IMG/VR virus record: IMGVR_UViG_3300010163_000003
Span: 96,001-160,000 of that record
Origin: a virus
Taxonomy: Duplodnaviria > Caudoviricetes
Length of the DNA stretch: 64,000 bases
Direction: 5' to 3' (one strand)
This document shows positions 9,347 to 19,133 of this stretch, piece after piece; positions within the stretch are counted from its first letter, which is position 1, and each line of letters opens with the position of its first letter. A program made the position numbers and the translations under genes. The notes below the pieces were generated by a model. It was given only the letters and a program-made list of their open reading frames with translations. It was not told the origin of the DNA and searched no databases.

Positions 9347-12300
9347 TAAACATTGTCTATACTTAATGATTTATAAATATAATCAGTACCGCCTCTGTAA
9401 ACTGTTGCAGTAAGAATATCTGTACATTTGCCATTAAATGAAGTATACGTTGCTTTAGCAGTTCCTTTGCTATCTGTTTTAACAATTCCTGGAGTAAGTT
9501 TACCATAGTTAGTTGTACATTTAAAGTATACTTGTTGATTAGGTATGGGTTGACCATTTTGATCCATAACTTTAACTGTAACATTTACTTTTTCTGTTCC
9601 ATTGCCTTGTACTATAGATTTATTAGAAGTCATAGTCATTCTATCTATAGTAGTAATAAAATTCATTGCATTCTTTTCGTTAGTAATTTGTATAGAATTA
9701 GATATTGTTCTTCCGTCATCAGTAATTACACGAGCAGTAATAATATCCATACATTCTACTACAGCAGATTGATATAATACATGAACAACTCCATTTATAT
9801 CAGTAATATATGAGTCGGAATCTATAATACCTCCGCCAGGTTCAAATCTTCCGCCTGATGTTGGTCTGTATGCATTGCCACAATCTATATATACTTGTTT
9901 TTCAATAACAGGATTATCAAGTATATCTAATACTTCTATGCAAATATCAAGTTTATCGTAACCGCCAGCTTCGATAGTAGTTGGATTACAATATATATTG
10001 ATTTTATAGGCATCATTATGATCATCAGTAAGATATATAAATCCTTTATAATCTGTTCTATAAACAGGATTGAGGCTTAATGTACTTGCTACTAATTTAT
10101 TGTTAGATGTATTAGTTTCAAAGTATACTTTAACTTTATTAGGGACAGGAATATCTTCACCAGTGTGTAGATATATGATAGTAGTATTAGCATCTCTATC
10201 TATATCAGCTATGAAGCTATACAAAATACAATATTCTACTTTAATTTTATGACCACTTTCAATAAGGTCTTTAAAAATAGCATAATGATTAGCTAACTTA
10301 TAATCGTTATCTTTATCGAGTTCTTTCCCATCTAAGAAAAGCTTGATTCGTTTTGGATCATATCTACTAGTTGGTAACTCAATGTATTTAGTATCTTCTA
10401 TAAGTTCATATTCTTTTTCTAATAAGAAAGAATCTTGATGATGCAATTCTATGTAAGTATTACCTTCAGGGTCTTCTATAGAAATAGGAGCATATTGTTG
10501 AGGAGTACCTATAATTTTTACAATATCATGCTCATCTCTTTCATCTCGTTCAACAAAAATATATGGAGTCTTCACTGGGTTAATCTTAGGAGTTAATGGA
10601 GCTTTTGCTTCAATAGCCGTGTTAAGGTAATCCCATGGTCTTGCTCCTAATATATTTTTATTATATCTAAGAGTAATAGATTTAGCAGAACATTGAATAT
10701 TAATCTTATCTATTTCAGAATACGCATAATTACGCTCTAATATATCTGCCCCAATAACTTTTTCTATATCTTCAAATACGGTATGATATTCTCCGTCCAT
10801 TGGAATTTCTATAGCCTCAGTATTAATAAAGTTTTCTACGATATCACTAGCTGCATATGTACCAGTCATAGAAATCTTTTTAATATATGGTAAGTTGTCT
10901 TCTACTGTGCGTTTAGTGGTAATTTGCTTGTGAAGCCAATATACTTTTTGTCCGCTAGGGATAATGATTTTATATCTAACGTAACGACCTTTTAAAGAAC
11001 CACTAATGCTATTTGCATTTTTCCATGCAACACGTTCCATCAATAATGAATCTTCATCATTGGATGCTGCATAATATAATGCACATTTAGCGCCTTTATA
11101 TTTTTTTGCGTCAGTAGAAGCAAATATACTTAATTTAATTTCAGATTCGCAACCAAAATCTATTATGCGAGATACGAATTCACCATTATTAGGTAATCCA
11201 CCGGTAGTAATATGGTCAGTAATAGTGACAACATTTAGAGAATTTGCTTCACTAATATCATCTTTCCAGTCAAGATAACAACATGCATAATCATTCCATG
11301 TAAATTCTTCATTAACTGGTGCTGCACTTAATGTGCAACAAATTTGATATGCGTTACTTAATGGGATGCTAGATGTAATTGGTACTGAATTATTTGCAAT
11401 ATATGTCCAGTCAGACCATTTACCAGTTTCAATAATGTAACTACGAGCCATAAGGAATGGGATTGTAGCTCCATTATTTGCTTCAAAATCTACACTGATA
11501 GTGCCTGCTGTTGTAAGTTTATTTGGGAATAATATAACAGGAGACTCATATATTTGAGGTTCATACTCTCTATAATATTCGCCATTAATAGTTGGTTTTA
11601 GCGTAAGACCTTTTTCTTTTTCCCATATAAATAGATTTTCGTTTTTTAGTAAAGAAGAACGAGTCTGTTTTACAATTTCATAATTTTCAGGAGCAGCAGC
11701 TTTGTGCCTTAATGTTACATCAAAGATAACATGTCCCCATGCAATATCAACGTTATTTTCGTCATATGTTTCAAAGTTAGCTTGGACATCAAATTCACTA
11801 TAAGCGTAATATTCGTGTTGATTCAAATAATAATATCCATTGTGAACATGAGGAGACCATTTACTAGTAGCATTAACAACGCCTTTAAATGCAACTGTAA
11901 CATTTGCCTTACCAGCGTCATCAAACATAATTTCATTTGGATACCTTAGAGGCATTACATCTGAGTTATCAGTTGCAACATCAAGATAATAATTCTCATA
12001 AGTATATACAGTACTTGGTTTTTCTAACTCATATGTTGTTTCTCTTGTCTTATTGTCGAATATCTCTTGATTCTCTCTATTGATAGTTTGAATAACATCG
12101 TAATAATCGACATCTTTCCATACTACAGAATCGCAACTAAATATAGCTGTATCTCCATTAAATCTAGTAATATCATCTATTGGCTTTTTAGTTATCGAAT
12201 CAGTAATAGGATGACTCCAACGATAATATACTATAGAATCTTCAGGATAGTATTCTGTGATTAGCATATATATCTCTATAGTTTTACGATCTACGCTTGT

Positions 12301-15300
12301 AGGAATGTTAAACTGTGGAGTGTCTACAACTAGATCTTTTTTACCATTAACATTTCCTGCACTATATTGACCGTTTACCTGGCCATAAAATTCTGGCATA
12401 TTTGGCCCTGGTAATTCATCATAATATGGAATAACTTTATCTTTTGGCTTAGATCGAAAATGTATATAATCGTCTACTGTCCAACCGTTATCAATTTCAC
12501 CTTTCCACTCACGTTGTGTCCATTGTATAACTCCTTCTTTAATGGAAGGAGACCATGTTCTATCTCCTACGATTGGTGGATCAGACATTGGATCTGGAGA
12601 AATATCAGGGCTACAATAATTGCTAATATAATATTTATCTGTATCACCCATACTATATATATTATTGGCATAATATATCCTAAGAAATACAATATGTAAG
12701 TATTCATTATATGGGTCACAATCAGGTAAAATTTCTTTTATAGGTGTATCAGCCATTGGGTCTTCTATATTAAAACGATAATCAAGTATAGGAGAAGAAT
12801 AATATCTAGATATTTCTGCAACAATATCTTTTTTAAGCGGGTCAAAAGTTTCTTCGTCACCAGCAGTCTTTAATTTTTTAGCTCCAGATATAGTAACATC
12901 GTCGTCTAATTGTATTAACGTAAGATGATGATTTATATCAGAAGGACTCATTCCTGTTGGAGATAAACCTTTGCGTTTTCTATTATGTAAATCACTGCTA
13001 TAATTTTTGTTGGAATCCAATAATATTACCCTGTTCATGTCATAGGCATTAAGTTCATGTTCTATATACCTATCCCCATCATAGATAATAGCGTCGGTAT
13101 ACCCACTAATTTGGAGTTTGCTATTGTTTGTAATAAAATATACGTCATCACCAAATGTAGTACTCTTACCTTTGTTCCATATATTACAGGTAGCGTCAAC
13201 AGTGCCTTCTATACCAGATGACTCATCTGAGAATAAACTTTCAGACGAATCAGTATTATCTTCATCTGATAATCTAAAATCTTTAAAGATACGAAAGTTA
13301 TTAACAAGAATAGTGTCTTTCCCTTTTACTTTTATAAAATCATACCCGTCTGGTAAATCCACTTTATCTTTTATTGCTTGTAAAAGATTATTACATAATA
13401 TTTTGGGATTACTTTTTGGGATGACACTGCCAATTATAGCTCTCTTTTCAGATTTAGAGTATCCAACTGGAGTAACGGTATTGTCGAATGTAAAAGGATA
13501 TGGATCACTTTCTACATGAATAGATTTTAGCGTATCGATTTCAGCAGGAGCTTCTATTTCTACATCAGTTTCTGAAGTTGGAACCCATTCTTTAAAAGCA
13601 TCTTCTGTCTCTGTGCTAGGTTCATCCATTTTAGTTCTAATCTTTACAGTAGGAAGAGAATCAACAATATTTTTAGCAACTTCTTGGAATAAACTATAAT
13701 GACTTTCGGTAAGGAAGCCAGTGTTGTCCATGTAACGGACTCCTTCATATAACACATCGACACTAGGAACGCCATAGCGTTTCTTATTTTCTTCTGTCAT
13801 CCATGCGAAATGCCATTGATAGATAAATTCAAACCAATCTCGGCCTTTAGTTGTATCTATTGTTGGATGTCCACCTGGTTTGATTTTCTCTCTTTCTAAA
13901 ATTGTTTTTATTTGTTGTGTCCAAGATGCATTCTTGTGACTTTCTGGATATAGAATCATTTCAGGCCATACTTCTCTTTTAGCTCTAAGTCTACATGTTT
14001 CTATTGCGGTTGCACATGGATTGCCTAAAAATGTTCTACCTGCTTTATGTGGATAGAACACTTCGCCCATTGCATAACTTCCATCATCTTTTTTTCTTTT
14101 ATATTTACTATCATAAGCATGCCAAAATGCTTTTATAGTCATTGCCATATATCTGGTAAGTTGACAATCATTATCTGACTGCATTATCGCTCCATTATTA
14201 TTTCTACCGTCAAGACCACCTATATAGTTACCTCCTCCAACTTTTCTATAGGTTCCTCCCATACATAATGGAGGTAGATGACCTTGAGGATCGTTCGGGC
14301 CATGTTCGCCAGCTAAATATTTATAAGAGTCAGAATTAAACATTGCATCAGTTATAGCAAATGAAGTTAAACTTGCAGGATCATTAACATTTGTACCGCC
14401 CTCATTGGGTAATTCCATTGACCAAGTAGCTTCGGAAGTTAATTTAAATCCAGACATTATGAATACAAAATTTCTAACATCGCTTTTAAGTTTTCCACCC
14501 CTGAATTTTGCGCCAGGGGCAACTTCTGTGTCTTCACCAAATGCTGCACTGATTGAATTGTATATTCTATGGTCTTCATATTTATATATTTCATTTCCTC
14601 CTCTTGGGAGGTACATATAGTCGGATTTTTCTTTATTGCTAGCAAACCAGTGAGAAGGGTTATTAGGATCATGTCCGTACTCATGTCTTCCCTTGCTGTT
14701 ACTTTCGTACCATCGAGTTCCTCCGTGTCCAATATTGGTTCCGCCATCAGTAAAAATACATTGAATCACAGTTCTTTTTATCTTTGTAGCACTTAAGTAT
14801 CCTACTCCGCCTATACCTGGGTCTGTGTCTTTTACTAATTCGCCAAATTTAGACTTAGTAGTATTCCATGACAATCCTTTCATAAAATTGCGATTGTAAT
14901 CTATACTTTGATGAGGACCCACAGCCACTCCCCAATAAGCACAAGAGCCATCACCAGCAGGATATTGATCTCTATCGCCATAATTTCTAGCTTGATCAGT
15001 ATCAGGATAACCATTACAATTTTTATTATATTGACTCGAACCGTTTAAGCTATAATCACCTAAAATACATAGTTCTTTGGGAATTGGTGGATTAAATTTA
15101 TTTTTAGCCCATGAGTAACAAAACTTTTCTATATAGCCGCCATTGATTACTTTTTTAGCAACTTCAGGACTATATCCTTTATAAAAAACTTTAGCAGTTA
15201 CTGCACCACTATCGCTTCCGCCCATTATACTATTATATTTTACTGTTTCTCCGCCTGGACCAAATCTATCTCTTGCGCAAATATTCCCGCCGAATCCAAC

Positions 15301-16857
15301 AATCACGTATTGAACCGCTATACTCTCATTCATATTGCTTACTGGATCAGGACCGCCTTTAGGATCTGGTCTTAGGCTGCGTCCAACAGGCCATTCCAAA
15401 ATATATTTTCTTAATTCTGGTTCATATCCAGGTTCTTTTGCTTGAATTTTTTTATCTATTTCTTGAACTACTTGCATGTATCTTGCGCGTTCTTTTTCCG
15501 CTTCTCCGCCGATATAATTAATTATGATAGTAGCTCCATCTCTTGAAGCACCAAACGTAGTAGTACTTACTTGCTGCCCATTATAGTTATGCCATTTACT
15601 ATCGGCTGTAGGAGGCTTAGTATCCCATCCATTACATCTTATTGACTTATGAGGAACACTTTCATCAAACATAGAACCAGACATATCTATAGAAATTACT
15701 AATGTTATAGGCATAATGAATTTAAATGTATCATTAGCTCCTGGAACACCAGGAATTGTAACTCCTTCTTCATAAACGCCTTCAGCCATTGTAATATTAA
15801 CGTCGCTCGTCTCATCAGTAGTTTTGCGAAGAAATACGTCACAACTAAAATAAGTATTAATTGTAATTGGTTTAACGCACCACATATAATCATGAGCGCG
15901 AACCCATTCCCTTGGGTATGCAGTTAAATCAAAAGCAACTTCACCTTCTTGATCTGTAACCGTTTGTTCTCCTTCAAGGCATATTTTATAATTAAAGTTC
16001 ACTTTATCAAAACGTTTTTCTTTTTGAATACGTCTACCAGTAATCTTAAAATATGCTTTAAACTTTTGATAAAAATCTGCATCCATTTGTTTATAGACTT
16101 TTAAATCTGTAAAATCTCCAACACCAGAATGAAACGCTTTCATTCTAGAATTCATAATTAAACATTTGCCTTCATCAGTAATCAAATCATAGCTCTTAGC
16201 AATACCATACTTTTCAAGAGAAATGGATGGATTTACAGTCTCTGTATGAACAGTACAGTTAGCAGATGGAAATGATATTTGTTTATCATTGAAACTGATA
16301 AGACGACGTGTATATGCAGTGTTGGGTTTAAGTCCAGTTTCGGTATATATATTTACGCCTATAGGTAACTCAGCTATGATAGCTTCTTTGTCATCCTCAT
16401 TATCAAAATCTATAGCTCTTGTAACAAGACGATGAGCACATCCATCATCTTCCCATGACCATATGATAGTCGTGCTATCATATGCTTCACCATGTAGTTC
16501 AGGAATGTCTAAAGGTTTTAAAAAAGGATGTATATAACATTTAAACGTGGGTTTTAATGAAGCCTCATTTTGTTCATTTGTAAATTCAAAATATACATCA
16601 ACCATTTCATCTGCACTAATGGCTTCAAATTCATCTATTTCTATATCACGTTCGGTAAGTTTATTATTTTTTAGATATTGGTTTATCTCTTTACGAAACA
16701 ACTCTAAGAGGTAAACATTCTCCTGAAGAACATGGTGATTGTTATATAATAAATCACCTGATTCTTGAATGTCTTTTTCAAAGAGTTTAATAAATGTTTC
16801 CTTTGCATTCGTAATAAGATTTACGATAGTTACGGATAACTCATATTGTATAACCAT
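9346..16857 (-). CDS. Giant tail/baseplate adhesin-like protein (2503 aa): FN3-like, vWA and C-terminal invasin-type Ig-like domains
   Basis: FN3 signature IIWSW...YTETGLKPNTAYTRRL. vWA motifs LVISIDMSGSM and CIFTDGGTN. Two Big_1-like C-terminal repeats (VTVKVMDQNGQPIPNQQVYF...KTDSKGTAKATY). Confidence 0.75.
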   Translation of the reverse strand: MVIQYELSVTIVNLITNAKETFIKLFEKDIQESGDLLYNNHHVLQENVYLLELFRKEINQYLKNNKLTERDIEIDEFEAISADEMVDVYFEFTNEQNEASLKPTFKCYIHPFLKPLDIPELHGEAYDSTTIIWSWEDDGCAHRLVTRAIDFDNEDDKEAIIAELPIGVNIYTETGLKPNTAYTRRLISFNDKQISFPSANCTVHTETVNPSISLEKYGIAKSYDLITDEGKCLIMNSRMKAFHSGVGDFTDLKVYKQMDADFYQKFKAYFKITGRRIQKEKRFDKVNFNYKICLEGEQTVTDQEGEVAFDLTAYPREWVRAHDYMWCVKPITINTYFSCDVFLRKTTDETSDVNITMAEGVYEEGVTIPGVPGANDTFKFIMPITLVISIDMSGSMFDESVPHKSIRCNGWDTKPPTADSKWHNYNGQQVSTTTFGASRDGATIIINYIGGEAEKERARYMQVVQEIDKKIQAKEPGYEPELRKYILEWPVGRSLRPDPKGGPDPVSNMNESIAVQYVIVGFGGNICARDRFGPGGETVKYNSIMGGSDSGAVTAKVFYKGYSPEVAKKVINGGYIEKFCYSWAKNKFNPPIPKELCILGDYSLNGSSQYNKNCNGYPDTDQARNYGDRDQYPAGDGSCAYWGVAVGPHQSIDYNRNFMKGLSWNTTKSKFGELVKDTDPGIGGVGYLSATKIKRTVIQCIFTDGGTNIGHGGTRWYESNSKGRHEYGHDPNNPSHWFASNKEKSDYMYLPRGGNEIYKYEDHRIYNSISAAFGEDTEVAPGAKFRGGKLKSDVRNFVFIMSGFKLTSEATWSMELPNEGGTNVNDPASLTSFAITDAMFNSDSYKYLAGEHGPNDPQGHLPPLCMGGTYRKVGGGNYIGGLDGRNNNGAIMQSDNDCQLTRYMAMTIKAFWHAYDSKYKRKKDDGSYAMGEVFYPHKAGRTFLGNPCATAIETCRLRAKREVWPEMILYPESHKNASWTQQIKTILEREKIKPGGHPTIDTTKGRDWFEFIYQWHFAWMTEENKKRYGVPSVDVLYEGVRYMDNTGFLTESHYSLFQEVAKNIVDSLPTVKIRTKMDEPSTETEDAFKEWVPTSETDVEIEAPAEIDTLKSIHVESDPYPFTFDNTVTPVGYSKSEKRAIIGSVIPKSNPKILCNNLLQAIKDKVDLPDGYDFIKVKGKDTILVNNFRIFKDFRLSDEDNTDSSESLFSDESSGIEGTVDATCNIWNKGKSTTFGDDVYFITNNSKLQISGYTDAIIYDGDRYIEHELNAYDMNRVILLDSNKNYSSDLHNRKRKGLSPTGMSPSDINHHLTLIQLDDDVTISGAKKLKTAGDEETFDPLKKDIVAEISRYYSSPILDYRFNIEDPMADTPIKEILPDCDPYNEYLHIVFLRIYYANNIYSMGDTDKYYISNYCSPDISPDPMSDPPIVGDRTWSPSIKEGVIQWTQREWKGEIDNGWTVDDYIHFRSKPKDKVIPYYDELPGPNMPEFYGQVNGQYSAGNVNGKKDLVVDTPQFNIPTSVDRKTIEIYMLITEYYPEDSIVYYRWSHPITDSITKKPIDDITRFNGDTAIFSCDSVVWKDVDYYDVIQTINRENQEIFDNKTRETTYELEKPSTVYTYENYYLDVATDNSDVMPLRYPNEIMFDDAGKANVTVAFKGVVNATSKWSPHVHNGYYYLNQHEYYAYSEFDVQANFETYDENNVDIAWGHVIFDVTLRHKAAAPENYEIVKQTRSSLLKNENLFIWEKEKGLTLKPTINGEYYREYEPQIYESPVILFPNKLTTAGTISVDFEANNGATIPFLMARSYIIETGKWSDWTYIANNSVPITSSIPLSNAYQICCTLSAAPVNEEFTWNDYACCYLDWKDDISEANSLNVVTITDHITTGGLPNNGEFVSRIIDFGCESEIKLSIFASTDAKKYKGAKCALYYAASNDEDSLLMERVAWKNANSISGSLKGRYVRYKIIIPSGQKVYWLHKQITTKRTVEDNLPYIKKISMTGTYAASDIVENFINTEAIEIPMDGEYHTVFEDIEKVIGADILERNYAYSEIDKINIQCSAKSITLRYNKNILGARPWDYLNTAIEAKAPLTPKINPVKTPYIFVERDERDEHDIVKIIGTPQQYAPISIEDPEGNTYIELHHQDSFLLEKEYELIEDTKYIELPTSRYDPKRIKLFLDGKELDKDNDYKLANHYAIFKDLIESGHKIKVEYCILYSFIADIDRDANTTIIYLHTGEDIPVPNKVKVYFETNTSNNKLVASTLSLNPVYRTDYKGFIYLTDDHNDAYKINIYCNPTTIEAGGYDKLDICIEVLDILDNPVIEKQVYIDCGNAYRPTSGGRFEPGGGIIDSDSYITDINGVVHVLYQSAVVECMDIITARVITDDGRTISNSIQITNEKNAMNFITTIDRMTMTSNKSIVQGNGTEKVNVTVKVMDQNGQPIPNQQVYFKCTTNYGKLTPGIVKTDSKGTAKATYTSFNGKCTDILTATVYRGGTDYIYKSLSIDNV

Positions 16858-16861
16858 ATGG

Positions 16862-17188
16862 TTACTCCTTTACTGTATAATTACCTCTTTGAATTACATA
16901 ATAGTCGTTAGAGAGTTTATAAAACTTGCCATAAATCTCACTATTAACAATAGCTTTTATCTTATATGATACATTAGCAGGCATAGGGCCAACTATATGC
17001 TTAGGGTCTAATGTAGGCATTTTACGAAAAACAGATTTATTATCGTTAGCGATAACAAATGGATATGTATGCTTTTCTTTAACTGGAGCATCATTTTTAA
17101 TCTCAATAACAGGTTCAATATTATTTTTTTCTTTTTGAGGAATGTTTTCTTCAATTATTGGAGCCTGATATTTCTTTGGTCTTGCCAT
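16862..17188 (-). CDS. Hypothetical protein (about 108 aa) with a possible SH3-like C-terminus
   Basis: GGAGG RBS precedes the ATG at 17188 (MARPKKY), so the start is revised from the ORF track's 17212. Confidence 0.5.
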   Translation of the reverse strand: MARPKKYQAPIIEENIPQKEKNNIEPVIEIKNDAPVKEKHTYPFVIANDNKSVFRKMPTLDPKHIVGPMPANVSYKIKAIVNSEIYGKFYKLSNDYYVIQRGNYTVKE

Positions 17189-19121
17189 TATTAATGTCCT
17201 CCTTAATTTCATTATCGTATATTTCTGCTATACTAGCGTTTACATTATAATCTTGAAAACAAAATACATCCCATATAGATGCATATTTGTTTAGCAAACC
17301 TGTTTGCTTTGGAGCCATAATTCTAAATAGCCCAAAATAGTGTCTATCTTCTTTAGATTCTAAATCCTGCAAGCATATAATAAATTGCTCCCAAGTGATT
17401 ATAAATTGATTGGCCCACGTAAAATATGGTCGAAATTCTTCTGTCAAGTCTATATCTTTCATAGTTTCTTTTTCAACATAGATTATTTGAAATGTAATAT
17501 CTGGATATTTTTTATAAATAATGCCAGGCACATAATACATATGCTTAAATTTATATAAACCATGTTTATACATTATGGTGAACCAATTGGGGCCTTCTTT
17601 TTTAATCTTAATATTTGATTCTATTATAATACCTTCATCAAGATAATTCAACCTTAATCTGTCCTTACCTGGTTCACATAAATATATTACTACATTTTCT
17701 ATGTCATAATCATTTCCAACTTCTATTGCAGGGCCTTCATACCATACTTGCAATGATGAAGTTTCAAAATTAACAATAGGAATAGTCACCTTTTCAAGTA
17801 ATTTTCTATATTGCCAACTTGCTTGATATCCTATTTTGTTTCCATCTTCATCAATGTGATACTGCCACCATGGATATAATCTTTTCCATTGAATGAATAA
17901 AGCGCCATTATTATATTGAGTAACGATATTAGAAAAAGCAAAATCCCACTCTTCTCCTTTAGCATCAAGTTCTTCAATAAAATGTATTTCACCATTTCTT
18001 ATTTCTCGTATATATTCTATTTTTACATGTATTTCATCCTTTTCTACTATATCGCCATAAGTTTTAATCCCTCCAATGTATTCAGGAATAATTCTATATG
18101 GTCTAGCTATTGTAGGGATTTCAACTTCTAATAAATGTTTCCCTCCAAATTCATCAGTACATTCTACAGTTCTTAGGATAGTTATATCATTATTATCATT
18201 AAAAATAGGTCCAGAATCTATTAAAAGATCAAAACACTCATATTCTTCTCTATCAAGATCGCGTTTCTTTCCATCTGAATATGTGAATGTTATCCATATT
18301 TCATATGGATTATATTCCTCACCAACTATCACAGCAGCTCCAGTATATTTAATGCTAATATCTATATCATAACCAATAACATTAAATGTAGCAGTTATAT
18401 TTATATCGTCCACATAAGTTATAGTAAATGTATTTATTCCTTCGACATTAACATATACATCAGATAATATATACTCGCTTGAATCTAACCTTTTAGAGTC
18501 TCCATCATCCCAGGAAATAGTTACGATAAGATCTTTTACATTATATTTATTACCTATATATATATCTGGTCCATTATATATTACAGTAAAACCAGTGATA
18601 CTTCTTTGTATGCTTGTATAGATGCTTCCTAATGGCTGGTTACGTTGATCATATACATATAGTCTATTACCTTTATAAGCATATTGCTGATAATGATCTA
18701 AACACTTTTTGCCAACATTATCATTAAGAGTATCTATTATATACTTACATAGTATAGTTCCGTTGGTAAATGTAATATCATCTACAGGAATATATAAATT
18801 TAATGCTCTATTTAATGCACTTGCATTTAATTGTTTCACATATGGATCAGGTGTTATTGATTTCTTAACAAATATAATAGTATAGTGGGCTTGGCATGTA
18901 GCACAAGTCGTGTCTATGCCAAACCCCACTAAATCTGTTGCTTTATAATCTTTGCCCAATCCATTAAAATCTACAGATACACACGTAAATCCACTCGGAT
19001 TTTTTGATGGGTCATTTTTGTTAAAGTCATGATCTATAGCAATATCATCATAATCAGAAGGTATAATATCATTCATATTAATAGCATTATTGCCTATAAT
19101 ATCTATTAACGTTTTTGCCAT
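17151..19121 (-). CDS. Tail-associated protein (656 aa): N-terminal CxxC domain plus about four bacterial Ig-like repeats
   Basis: Repeats of type YxGPxIxVGxxY..xD/NxxV...G.N.FTIxY. N-terminal TCATC motif. GAGGGTG RBS. Confidence 0.6.
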   Translation of the reverse strand: MAKTLIDIIGNNAINMNDIIPSDYDDIAIDHDFNKNDPSKNPSGFTCVSVDFNGLGKDYKATDLVGFGIDTTCATCQAHYTIIFVKKSITPDPYVKQLNASALNRALNLYIPVDDITFTNGTILCKYIIDTLNDNVGKKCLDHYQQYAYKGNRLYVYDQRNQPLGSIYTSIQRSITGFTVIYNGPDIYIGNKYNVKDLIVTISWDDGDSKRLDSSEYILSDVYVNVEGINTFTITYVDDINITATFNVIGYDIDISIKYTGAAVIVGEEYNPYEIWITFTYSDGKKRDLDREEYECFDLLIDSGPIFNDNNDITILRTVECTDEFGGKHLLEVEIPTIARPYRIIPEYIGGIKTYGDIVEKDEIHVKIEYIREIRNGEIHFIEELDAKGEEWDFAFSNIVTQYNNGALFIQWKRLYPWWQYHIDEDGNKIGYQASWQYRKLLEKVTIPIVNFETSSLQVWYEGPAIEVGNDYDIENVVIYLCEPGKDRLRLNYLDEGIIIESNIKIKKEGPNWFTIMYKHGLYKFKHMYYVPGIIYKKYPDITFQIIYVEKETMKDIDLTEEFRPYFTWANQFIITWEQFIICLQDLESKEDRHYFGLFRIMAPKQTGLLNKYASIWDVFCFQDYNVNASIAEIYDNEIKEDINNGKTKEISGSNN

Positions 19122-19133
19122 AATTACACCCTC

